Of a stretch of DNA of 38,682 bases, positions 19,565 through 27,434 are shown one piece after another. The translations under genes and the position numbers were made by a program. Source of the stretch: Patescibacteria group bacterium (GTDB lineage Bacteria; Patescibacteriota; Minisyncoccia; Phycocordibacterales; Phycocordibacteraceae); contig JAGXBE010000003.1 in assembly GCA_018971265.1 (NCBI GenBank), positions 1-38,682 of the forward strand, in the 5' to 3' direction. Positions within the stretch are counted from its first letter, which is position 1; each line of letters begins with the position of its first letter. The notes under the pieces were generated by a model, which was not told the DNA's origin, did not search any database, and was given only the letters and a program-made list of their open reading frames with translations.

Positions 19565-20743
19565 TTATTGTATCACTGTGGGTATTTCAGGCGGATGTCC
19601 TTCGCGTGAAGAAACGAATTGAAAGAAGATAAGGAGGAGTGCACCGGTGGCGAATGTCGCAAAAAAGAACACGATGACCAGCCCGAGAACTGGTACCAAA
19701 GCAATGAGCGAAAGTGCGAGCATGCCAAGCACGCCGTCTCGCCAAAATACCGTCTTGCGTCCCCAAAGACGGCGGGCAATCACGCTGCCGAGAAGGATGC
19801 CTGCGTACATAAGCGCTAGAAACACAAGGAGGGCGTAGGAGAAAAACAGCAGGAGGGCGAGGCCGAGGCCGACAAACGTGAGCGCGAGCATGAGAAAAAG
19901 AACCGGCGTGGCGACGATAGTTGCAAAACCAATCAGTATTGTAAGCAGGATGCTCCACGGGCGCTGCGTATAGCAACGCTCCGTAATCATCTCTGCGAGC
20001 TTCGGGAAAAAACCGGCTAAAAGGCCCGCGAGAATAAGCGCACCGAGGATGCGCACAAGGAGAAAGATGCCGATGCTCGCAAAAGCGAGCGCACGCGAGG
20101 TGTTCGCGTTTGGTAGGTAGGAAGCACTGGTATATTTCACGCCACCAACTATCGTCGCAGATGTGGGAATTGTCGCCGTTTCCGGCGCTTCGTACGAAAG
20201 AGTACCATGAATGATGGTGCCAGGTGCGAGTGTGAGGCGACCGCCGGCAACAACCGTAACGTTATTCGCAAATTCACCGGCGAGGGACACGTCATTCCCG
20301 TACACGGTGACCGGGCCCGAGGCGCCATTTCCGATGACGGCGTTTACGCTAACTATAAAAACGCTTCCCCCTGCGCGACCCTTGTCGTATACAGAGAAAC
20401 CGGACGCGATGAGATCGCCCGTTACCGGTTCCTCAACCGCGATGGTTCCGCCGACAGCCCGAAGATCGCCGGCGACCTCGGCACGCGAGCTTATCGAGCC
20501 GGCAAGAAGAAGAGCATCGCCTGCGATGGGCGCCGCGGTAATGAGCGATCCGCCGAAAGCCGAGAAGTCGCCCGCCACAGGTGCGGTGAGCACGACTGAG
20601 ACTCCTGCCGCATATGCGTTCCCCGGCGAAGAGCTCGCCGCGAGCAAGGAGCGCGCGGCGGAAAAAGATGCGGGTGCACCCGCGGCAAGAACGCTCGTCG
20701 GCAAGAGGAGCGAAACGAGGAGGGTGAGGAGAGCGCGTTGCAT
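19565..20743 (-). CDS. Signal peptide + bactofilin-like beta-helix repeats + multi-pass C-terminal membrane domain
   Basis: Repeating V-x-G-D-x-x-x-x-G-G units (VAGDFSAFGG, IAGDALLLAG, VAGDLRAVGG, VTGDLIASG) followed by about 5-6 TM helices. Confidence 0.7.
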   Translation of the reverse strand: MQRALLTLLVSLLLPTSVLAAGAPASFSAARSLLAASSSPGNAYAAGVSVVLTAPVAGDFSAFGGSLITAAPIAGDALLLAGSISSRAEVAGDLRAVGGTIAVEEPVTGDLIASGFSVYDKGRAGGSVFIVSVNAVIGNGASGPVTVYGNDVSLAGEFANNVTVVAGGRLTLAPGTIIHGTLSYEAPETATIPTSATIVGGVKYTSASYLPNANTSRALAFASIGIFLLVRILGALILAGLLAGFFPKLAEMITERCYTQRPWSILLTILIGFATIVATPVLFLMLALTFVGLGLALLLFFSYALLVFLALMYAGILLGSVIARRLWGRKTVFWRDGVLGMLALSLIALVPVLGLVIVFFFATFATGALLLIFFQFVSSREGHPPEIPTVIQ

Positions 20744-20754
20744 GTTGTCGCTCG

Positions 20755-21246
20755 CTAGGCCGTAGGCGGCATCGAAAAATGCGGCACTACAGGAGACGGA
20801 GGATCGGAAGGTGTCTGTTTTTTATTTGTGCGTACGGGCTCGATAAGACCGGCAAAAACAAGCATAAGAAATACAATGAGTGCGGAAAGGAGGCAGTAAA
20901 CGCAGAGCGCTCCTATTAAAAACACCTGGACGAGGGTGAAGTACAGCGAAGCTACGACACCGACAAGCGAGATCGATTGGAGCATGCGCCGCAAAAGCCG
21001 ATCAAAGACGACCAGTTCGAGAGCGGCAAGGACAAAGACAATCCCATAAAAAAGAATGCCGTACTCGGCGAGCGGTATGCCGAAGAGGTGCGAGTATGGG
21101 CTTGCCGCGACGACATTGCAGCCGGAGAGGTTGTTGATATTGCACAGAAGCGGCGCACCTGCCGCTTCGTGCTGGGCGAGATATGAGGAGTCCGCAAGTC
21201 CAATGAAAGCGAGAATTATGATGAGAACGACGCCGGTACGTTTCAT
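20755..21246 (-). CDS. Vitamin K epoxide reductase (VKOR) family disulfide-formation protein
   Basis: Loop cysteines (LLCNINNLSGCNVV), SPYSHLFGIP, CVYC active site, four TMs. Start taken at MKRTG. Confidence 0.92.
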   Translation of the reverse strand: MKRTGVVLIIILAFIGLADSSYLAQHEAAGAPLLCNINNLSGCNVVAASPYSHLFGIPLAEYGILFYGIVFVLAALELVVFDRLLRRMLQSISLVGVVASLYFTLVQVFLIGALCVYCLLSALIVFLMLVFAGLIEPVRTNKKQTPSDPPSPVVPHFSMPPTA

Positions 21247-21478
21247 ACCCTGGTACAATACGCCCCTTCCGGCGGGGGTGCAAATGCAAAACGCTAGGAT
21301 TACGGAGATGAAAAAATCATCGGCGGAAGTTTACCGAGTCGGTAAACATTATCGCATCAACTCAGTCTGTCTTGATTTTGAAAGGAAGGGTGGAGCGAGA
21401 TGCGGCAAACCGCTTGTCCAGGAAACACCGTGCGATGAGCGGCGCCTCCTCGGACTTTCTCATACCGGATACCCTACC

Positions 21479-21510
21479 AATAAAACGGCGCGCGCCAAAG
21501 GCGCGCGCCG
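21479..21510 (-). terminator. Intrinsic terminator for the sigma factor operon
   Basis: CGGCGCGCGCC-TTT-GGCGCGCGCCG followed by TTTTATT on the minus strand. Confidence 0.75.
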
Positions 21511-21576
21511 AATAGCAGCCCGCCAAAACACCTTTGAAAAACGGAGGCCACGCTCGCTAGTGGCATCCGCAGACGG

Positions 21577-22452
21577 CTATAAGCCGGTTTCATCGATGTG
21601 ACGGAGTTGCTGGTAGGGACGGATGCCCCTACACACTTCACTACGCGGCATCGCGGCACTTCTTTCACTTGTCGATGCCGTTATCACCTTGGCCGGTGGC
21701 ACCGCCGGCTCGCCAAAGAACCCGCCACGGGGCTCCCAGGAAAACACAAAGCAGGCGTGGAACGACGAGCTCGTCGCCGTCGTCGGCACGCCAATAACGC
21801 GCACGACACCGCCGCGCGCGACAGCCGCAAGGCTCGTGTTGTCCAGATCATTCTCCTCGACGCTCCAGATGTGGTCGTCGAAGTCGCGAAGCACAAAAGA
21901 GGCGGAGTCCGGCGCGGACGAAACCACCCGCCCACCGAGCAGCCCTTTTTCCGGCGCAAGCCACCACGAGCGCTCCTCGATAACAATCGGGCGGTAAAAG
22001 GGCGGGTGATCGCCAATCGACTCCTCTATCTCACGCCCCAAGCCGGTCGCATAGAGACCGGTCCCGAGAGCGAGAGAGATGCATATCGCACCGAGCGTTA
22101 TAGCCAGGAGCGGATAACGATAACCATGTTTCGTTCGGCGAATATTCACATACCCGACAACGATAAACAATGCGAGTGCGCCTACCCAAAGAAAGGGCAT
22201 GACTGCAAAAAAGAATGCCCAGAAGTCGGTATGCGTCACTGATGAAAAACGCCAGTCAACGCTCTGGACCTCAAAGAGAGCTGCGGAAAATGCGAGCGCG
22301 CCGAGCGCCGTTGCGAGCGCGCCGAGCGCCCAAAAGAAGTAATTTTTGAAAATGAACTTCCAGCGCGGTATGATGCGTTCGCCTCGAATGCGTTCAAGTA
22401 TTCTCCGCGCGAGATGGTCATCTTTCTTTTCGTAATCTGGTTCTATGTTCAT
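21577..22452 (-). CDS. Membrane protein co-transcribed with the ECF sigma factor (putative anti-sigma factor)
   Basis: Overlaps the sigma gene stop codon; short N-terminal soluble region, three TMs, C-terminal beta-rich domain. The function is inferred from position only. Confidence 0.6.
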   Translation of the reverse strand: MNIEPDYEKKDDHLARRILERIRGERIIPRWKFIFKNYFFWALGALATALGALAFSAALFEVQSVDWRFSSVTHTDFWAFFFAVMPFLWVGALALFIVVGYVNIRRTKHGYRYPLLAITLGAICISLALGTGLYATGLGREIEESIGDHPPFYRPIVIEERSWWLAPEKGLLGGRVVSSAPDSASFVLRDFDDHIWSVEENDLDNTSLAAVARGGVVRVIGVPTTATSSSFHACFVFSWEPRGGFFGEPAVPPAKVITASTSERSAAMPRSEVCRGIRPYQQLRHIDETGL

Positions 22453-23018
22453 GATGAGAATGATTCTGGCAGGGCCTCGCGAAGAGCGCGCTTCGCCCGA
22501 TGAAGGAGTGTTGAGACCGTTCCGGCGGGCACTTCGAGAATGTCGGACATTTCGGCATAGGAACGGTCTTCAAAAAAACGGAGCGCGAGCACGTCACGTT
22601 GTCGCGGCGCTAGCGCCGCGAACGCCTTCGCGATCTCCTCTCGCGAAAGCCGGAGTTCCGCGACGCGCGAGGTGTCCGAATTTTCATCCCGCAGTTCCGT
22701 AATAAGCATCTCACTCTCTCCTCCAAGCGTAATGTGCGGTCGGGCACGCCGAGATCGGAAGAAACTCATCGCCTCATTATGCGTAATGCGATACATCCAT
22801 GAGGAAAATGTGAGTGTCTGGTCGAAACTGTTGAGATTTTTGTATGCTTTGATAAACGCATTTTGCAGGATGTCCTCACGGTCTTCCCGTATGCCGACGC
22901 CGAGACGCTCGAGGTAGCGGGCGAGCTTCTGTTCGTACCGCTCGAGGAGAAGCGCAAACTTCTCTTTGTCGAGCAGCGTCCGACGGACTATGTCTTCATC
23001 GGTCACTTCGGACGGCAT
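22449..23018 (-). CDS. ECF-type RNA polymerase sigma-70 factor
   Basis: Region 2 EDILQNAFIKAY...FSSWMYRITHN; region 4 SYAEMSDILEVPAGTVSTLLHRAK. Confidence 0.93.
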   Translation of the reverse strand: MPSEVTDEDIVRRTLLDKEKFALLLERYEQKLARYLERLGVGIREDREDILQNAFIKAYKNLNSFDQTLTFSSWMYRITHNEAMSFFRSRRARPHITLGGESEMLITELRDENSDTSRVAELRLSREEIAKAFAALAPRQRDVLALRFFEDRSYAEMSDILEVPAGTVSTLLHRAKRALREALPESFSS

Positions 23019-23087
23019 GGCTCCTTATTCTAATACGCTTTCAGTCCTCCGACCATTCATCCTCTAACTCTAAAAACTGGTACACTG

Positions 23088-23714
23088 GTGGCAATTCTCA
23101 TGTTTTCTTTCACCTTTCTTTCGCATTTTATCGGCGGCGCGGCCGGCAGCACGATAACCTTATCGCTTGCGATTATCCTCGGCACCTTCATACTCGAAGA
23201 CCCCACGACTGTGCTTGTCGGCGTGCTCGCGGCCGACGGCATTATCAGCGTGCCAGTCGCGCTTTTTTCTCTTTATGCCGGCATCGTTCTTGGTGATACC
23301 GGCCTCTACTGCCTCGGTTGGCTCGCAAGTACTCACCCGCGATTGGCGCGGTATGTCGACCATGAATTCTTGGTGCCGTTTCGTACGTGGCTTGAGAGCA
23401 GGTACGTGCTCACTGTTTTCTCAGCCCGTTTCATTCCGGGTTCGCGGCTTCCCACCTATACTGCAAGCGGCTTCTTCCGTTCACCGCTCTCCACCTTCGT
23501 GCTCACGGCAATCGTCGCAACGTCGATTTGGACAACGCTTCTTTTTTACGCTTCGTACTGGTTCGGTAACTTTACCTCATCGTGGCTTGGCCCGATACGT
23601 TGGGGAGTCGCGATTCTGTTTCTCATCGTGCTTTTTCTTATCGGGCGACGAAACCTTCTTGCGTATCGCGCGAAAAAGAATGGAGATACCGTTGACGATA
23701 TTCGTGGAGGGTGA
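23088..23714 (+). CDS. DedA/VTT family membrane protein
   Basis: GTFILED, LGDTGLYCLG, ARFIPGSR. The start may instead be ATG 23100. Confidence 0.85.
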   Translation: MAILMFSFTFLSHFIGGAAGSTITLSLAIILGTFILEDPTTVLVGVLAADGIISVPVALFSLYAGIVLGDTGLYCLGWLASTHPRLARYVDHEFLVPFRTWLESRYVLTVFSARFIPGSRLPTYTASGFFRSPLSTFVLTAIVATSIWTTLLFYASYWFGNFTSSWLGPIRWGVAILFLIVLFLIGRRNLLAYRAKKNGDTVDDIRGG

Positions 23715-24165
23715 GCACCAAAAGCGAAAAATCAAACGCTGCGAGCAGCTGAAGAAGCAGCTCATGACGAGTGAGTCCGCGATACGCTTCATATGCCCCG
23801 AAAAGTGCTAGCGCGAGCATGAAGAGCGGGTATGCTATGCGCTTCTTGGCGAAAATGCCGATAACAAGCAGTATCTTTATCGCCCCGTGGAATACGATGT
23901 AGAGCGTGATGAGCAAATGATTGTTGACCGAAAACGCCTGCGCGGCGTCATGTATGGCGCTCGCCACGGGGTCATGCGGGTCCTGCGTGAGTTCACCCGC
24001 CATCACAAAATCAATAATCCTCACGAAAAGTGCCGGGGGTACGAAGAGCACCAGGAGCGCACCGAGCACTTCGACCGCTCCGCCAACGGCTTTCAAAACG
24101 AGCGCGAGGTCGAAAATCCAGAGAATGTCTCTTTCGCGTCCACTTTCGTTCGTTTGTCGCCACAT
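23638..24165 (-). CDS. DUF2127-like membrane protein
   Basis: LKAVGGAVEVLG, ELTQDPHD, HGAIKILLV, LTLHEYR; four TMs. Confidence 0.75.
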   Translation of the reverse strand: MWRQTNESGRERDILWIFDLALVLKAVGGAVEVLGALLVLFVPPALFVRIIDFVMAGELTQDPHDPVASAIHDAAQAFSVNNHLLITLYIVFHGAIKILLVIGIFAKKRIAYPLFMLALALFGAYEAYRGLTRHELLLQLLAAFDFSLLVLTLHEYRQRYLHSFSRDTQEGFVAR

Positions 24166-24189
24166 CAAAGCAGCGTACCATGCGCGGCG

Positions 24190-24723
24190 TTACGCTACAC
24201 GTGCGGCAAGCGCGCCAAGCCCTTTCGTAAGCAGCTCTTTCGTCGAGTCGTTTGTGAGGTTCCCCGTTGTATCAAAAAATTCTTTCGCGGGTCCGAGATA
24301 AATCTCGGGCTGGCCGATGATATCAGCATCAAGGTACAGCATAATTTGTCGCAGGTGGCTCTGTGCAACAGCGGTACCGATCTTTCCGCTTGAGACGCCC
24401 GCGACGAGGACCGGCTTGCCCGCAAACACGTTATCAGGATATGGCCGCGTGACCCAGTCGATGGCATTTTTGAGCACGCCGGGAATCGAGCGATTGTACT
24501 CCGGCGTCGCGATGATTATTCCGTCGGCGCTGTTCATGCTGTTTTTCAATATCTGTGCTGCTTCCGGATACGCCGCCTCCAGATCCCCATTATAGAGCGG
24601 CAGGCCGCCAATACCCGTCAGTTCAATTTCCATATCCGCTGGCGCAAGCGACTGCAGAGCGCGCACGAGCATCGTGTTATAAGAATCCTTCCTCAAACTT
24701 CCCGATAAAGCGACGATTTTCAT
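24190..24723 (-). CDS. NAD(P)H-dependent FMN reductase (ChrR/SsuE family)
   Basis: SGSLRKDSYN, ATPEYNRSIPGVLKNAIDW. The true start is MKIVAL (24723), not 25089. Confidence 0.92.
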   Translation of the reverse strand: MKIVALSGSLRKDSYNTMLVRALQSLAPADMEIELTGIGGLPLYNGDLEAAYPEAAQILKNSMNSADGIIIATPEYNRSIPGVLKNAIDWVTRPYPDNVFAGKPVLVAGVSSGKIGTAVAQSHLRQIMLYLDADIIGQPEIYLGPAKEFFDTTGNLTNDSTKELLTKGLGALAARVA

Positions 24724-24789
24724 AGAGGTATCCTGGTTATGGCTTGCAGAGCAAGCGTACCCTACTGCGCGACGGGCAGGGTGGGGATA

Positions 24790-25089
24790 ACCAACGAAAA
24801 GTCTCTCGCCAACGGTCGTAGAGCACCGCGGTAGCGCAAAGGTCGCCGGCATTGTAGCGCGCAATGTCGAGGTATTTCTTTTATTATAGAGTCGCCATAT
24901 CGTCGCCCGTGGTGCCACCCACTTTTGGGCTCTCGATACCGAACGCACGACAGAAAAGGTGCGGGCTCTTGCGAAACGCGCAGCGCTATAAAACGTAAGG
25001 TCCATGAGGTCAATATGGGCGGAGCCCCTTTGCATCGAAAAGTAACGATTGGGGAGTAGGTTTTTCGTCGGCTTCACGCAGTGCGCCAT
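24790..25089 (-). pseudogene. Decayed C-terminal half of a DnaQ-like/PolB-type 3'-5' exonuclease
   Basis: Reads VKPTKNLLPNRY...HIDLMDLTFY, then after a 1-nt frameshift near 24967 HLFCRAFGIESPKVGGTTGDDMATL**KKYLDIARYNAGDLCATAVLYDRW (Exo III YNxxD motif). TAA TAA at 24886-24881; no Exo I or Exo II region. Confidence 0.8.
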
Positions 25090-25110
25090 CGAGGGGAGTA
25101 TACTTGAGGC

Positions 25111-26034
25111 ATGAACCAGAGACTTATCCGTGCGGGGATGGCGCTGGTGCTTGCGCTCGCAACGGGCGGCGCCGGGTACTCAATAGGCATCGGAAATGCG
25201 ACAGGACAGACTGCGAGTGTGACTATTCCCGCGCAGATCGTGGCGGCGCCGCCCGCGGGCTCCGTTCGCGTCATCTATTCGCTCGACAAGAAACAGAACG
25301 ATAGAGAAATAATTGCGCTTATTGACGCGGCAAAGAGTCACGTCTTCTTCGCGATGTACGAGTTCACGCTCAAAGACATCGCCGATGCTCTCGTCGCGGC
25401 GTCGAGACGCGGCGTCGAGGTGCGGGGCCTCGTCGACGCCGGCGAGAGTGCCAACAGTTATGACCGGCCCATCATCAAAGAGCTCATGGATGCCGGCATC
25501 CCAATCGTGACCGAGAAACATGCAAGCGGCAACGACGGCATCATGCACATCAAGGCGATCGTCACCGACCAGGCGTACGCGCTCGGCAGCTACAACTGGA
25601 CAAACTCCGCGACAACGCTCAACGATGAAATCCTGGAGATTGGGACCGACGAAGCGCTACGACAGACGTATGAAAATATTTTGAAACGGCTACTCGATGC
25701 CTACCGGGGCAACAGCGCGGCCGCGGGAGCGGCCGCGCCTGTTTCTATTGGCACCATTGCCTACACCGATGCTTCCGCGCACGTCGGCTCGCTCGCCTCC
25801 GTACGCGGCACGCTCGTGAACACATATACTTCTAAGACCGGTACTACCTTCCTCGACTTCTGCGCAAACTACAAGAACTGCCCCTTCTCGGGTGTCATCT
25901 TCGCCGATGATGCGAAAAAATTTGGCGACTTCTCACGCTACACAGGGCGAGTCGTCTCCATCACCGGCAAAATTTCCTCCTACCAAGGCAAGGCCGAAAT
26001 CATTCTCTCCGACCCGAGTCAGATTTCAGAATAA
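25111..26034 (+). CDS. Exported PLD-family (Nuc-like) nuclease with a C-terminal OB-fold domain
   Basis: Signal/anchor sequence; single HxKxxxxD (MHIKAIVTD) followed by GSYNWT and N-x-E; C-terminal OB-like TFLDF...VSITGKISSYQGKAEII. Confidence 0.8.
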   Translation: MNQRLIRAGMALVLALATGGAGYSIGIGNATGQTASVTIPAQIVAAPPAGSVRVIYSLDKKQNDREIIALIDAAKSHVFFAMYEFTLKDIADALVAASRRGVEVRGLVDAGESANSYDRPIIKELMDAGIPIVTEKHASGNDGIMHIKAIVTDQAYALGSYNWTNSATTLNDEILEIGTDEALRQTYENILKRLLDAYRGNSAAAGAAAPVSIGTIAYTDASAHVGSLASVRGTLVNTYTSKTGTTFLDFCANYKNCPFSGVIFADDAKKFGDFSRYTGRVVSITGKISSYQGKAEIILSDPSQISE

Positions 26035-26078
26035 GTTGCGTATTCCGCGTTTTTCGTGCTATATTCTAGCTACTTCCA

Positions 26079-26639
26079 GTGGCTACCGACCGACTTCGCA
26101 TAAATAATGAGATCCGAGCGCGCGAACTGCGCGTCATTGGTGCTGGGGGAGAAAATCTTGGCGTTCTTGCGCTCGACGCTGCACTCGCAGCGGCAAAGCA
26201 AGCCGGCCTCGATTTGATAGAGATCTCTCCTTCGGCGGTCCCGCCCGTTGCGAAGATTACGGATTATGGTAAATTTGAGTACGAGCGCAGCAAAAAGGAG
26301 AAGGTTGCCAAGGCAAAAGTAAAGATATCGGAGACCAAAGAGGTCCAGATAAAAGTGGGCACCGGCGATAACGACATGCTCCTCAAGGCCAAAAAGGCCG
26401 CCGAATGGCTTTCCGAGGGACACCGCGTACGCGCCGAACTCTTCCTCAAAGGACGCTATAAAGGCATGGGCGAGGAATTCCTCAAAGACCGTCTCGAGAA
26501 ATTCCTCCTGCGCATTCCCTACGCGTATAAGCTCGCTGAGCCGATTACGAGAAGTCCTAAGGGTTTCGCCGGCGTCATTGAGAGGGACCTTCTAGCCCAA
26601 GCAAAACGCGAGAAAGAAAAGCAACAACTCACTCAATGA
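26079..26639 (+). CDS. infC: Translation initiation factor IF-3
   Basis: RINNEIRARELRVI, GLDLIEISP, PPVAKITDYGKFEYE; GTG start. Confidence 0.96.
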   Translation: MATDRLRINNEIRARELRVIGAGGENLGVLALDAALAAAKQAGLDLIEISPSAVPPVAKITDYGKFEYERSKKEKVAKAKVKISETKEVQIKVGTGDNDMLLKAKKAAEWLSEGHRVRAELFLKGRYKGMGEEFLKDRLEKFLLRIPYAYKLAEPITRSPKGFAGVIERDLLAQAKREKEKQQLTQ

Positions 26640-26827
26640 AAACCAACAAATCATATTCTAAGCGAATTCGCGTGACGCGCACGGGCAAGCTCATTGCACG
26701 TGCGAAAGGCCAAGACCATTTCAACGCAAAGCAAAGCGGCGGACAGCGCCGCGCCAAGCGCCGCACGGTCTCGCTCACCCTGACCGCAAAGGTTCGCCGA
26801 CGCTTCCTTCCGGGCACTTATAATTAG
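26636..26827 (+). CDS. rpmI: 50S ribosomal protein L35
   Basis: MKTNKSYSKRIRVTRTGK; lies between infC and rplT. Confidence 0.93.
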   Translation: MKTNKSYSKRIRVTRTGKLIARAKGQDHFNAKQSGGQRRAKRRTVSLTLTAKVRRRFLPGTYN

Positions 26828-26850
26828 TCTAATTTTGTAATTACTTTCGT

Positions 26851-27198
26851 ATGGCACGAGTCAAAGGAGGCATGTTGGCGCAAAAACGCCGTAAGAACGT
26901 TCTCGAGAGGGCCAAGGGCTATCGAGGCGTACGGTCAAAGAAGGAACGCTATGCGCACGAGGCGCTTCTCCACGCGGGTAAATATGCCTTTGCGCATCGA
27001 CGCGACAAGAAGACCGATTACCGGCAGCTTTGGATTGTCCGGCTCAACGCCGCTATTCGCGAAAGCGGCCATGCCTCCTACAGCACCTTTATCGCGAAGC
27101 TGAAAAAGCAGAACATAGCGCTCGACCGCAAGGTTCTCGCGACTTTCGCCACCGAGCACCCAGAAATCTTCACCCGTATCAGCAAGCAAGTCGTGTAA
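26851..27198 (+). CDS. rplT: 50S ribosomal protein L20
   Basis: MARVKGG, AKGYRG, RQLWIVRLNAA, LDRKVLA. Confidence 0.97.
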   Translation: MARVKGGMLAQKRRKNVLERAKGYRGVRSKKERYAHEALLHAGKYAFAHRRDKKTDYRQLWIVRLNAAIRESGHASYSTFIAKLKKQNIALDRKVLATFATEHPEIFTRISKQVV

Positions 27199-27231
27199 AC
27201 CGAACCATTGATGTGTGGTACTAAAGTGCTA

Positions 27232-27434
27232 TCAGGATCGTTGCTGTTCCCGGTCTGAATAGTCTGGTAAGACGCGGGCGGTCCAGTAGAGAACAGCAAC
27301 GGTCCTGAGAAGGATGTTCCTCGGTCACTCAGGAGCAGACAGGGGTCTCGGACACCGAACGATACTCCGGTTTAAGGGAACAAATGGATATCCCCCGAGC
27401 TAGCTCAAAAGCTGCTCGGGGCTTTTATCTTTTT
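27232..27434 (+). ncRNA. Candidate structured ncRNA with two stem-loop domains and a terminator; family unknown
   Basis: 18-bp stem 27232-27249/27291-27308; second stem 27315-27321/27376-27382; terminator 27393-27421 with a T tract; TAAAGT at 27222-27227. Confidence 0.5.

Noticed and set aside
21440-21465. RNase P RNA suggested by minus-strand GAGAAAGTCCG
   Set aside because: The complementary 3' P4 strand and the other conserved regions were not found.
23638-23714. 77-bp convergent overlap of DedA and DUF2127-like genes as antisense regulation
   Set aside because: The overlap covers only short C-terminal tails, which is common in compact genomes.
24190-25089. The 299-aa ORF as a genuine two-domain reductase
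   Set aside because: The first 122 codons are better explained as an exonuclease remnant plus out-of-frame sequence; the reductase fold begins at 24723.
26060-26081. Canonical ATT autoregulatory start for infC
   Set aside because: An in-frame TAG lies four codons upstream and there is no in-frame ATT between it and the GTG at 26079.
27325-27382. Glycine riboswitch or hammerhead ribozyme
   Set aside because: Only short fragments resemble them (ACACCGAA, CTCAGG, CTGA). The order and core nucleotides are wrong and there is no downstream co-oriented gene.
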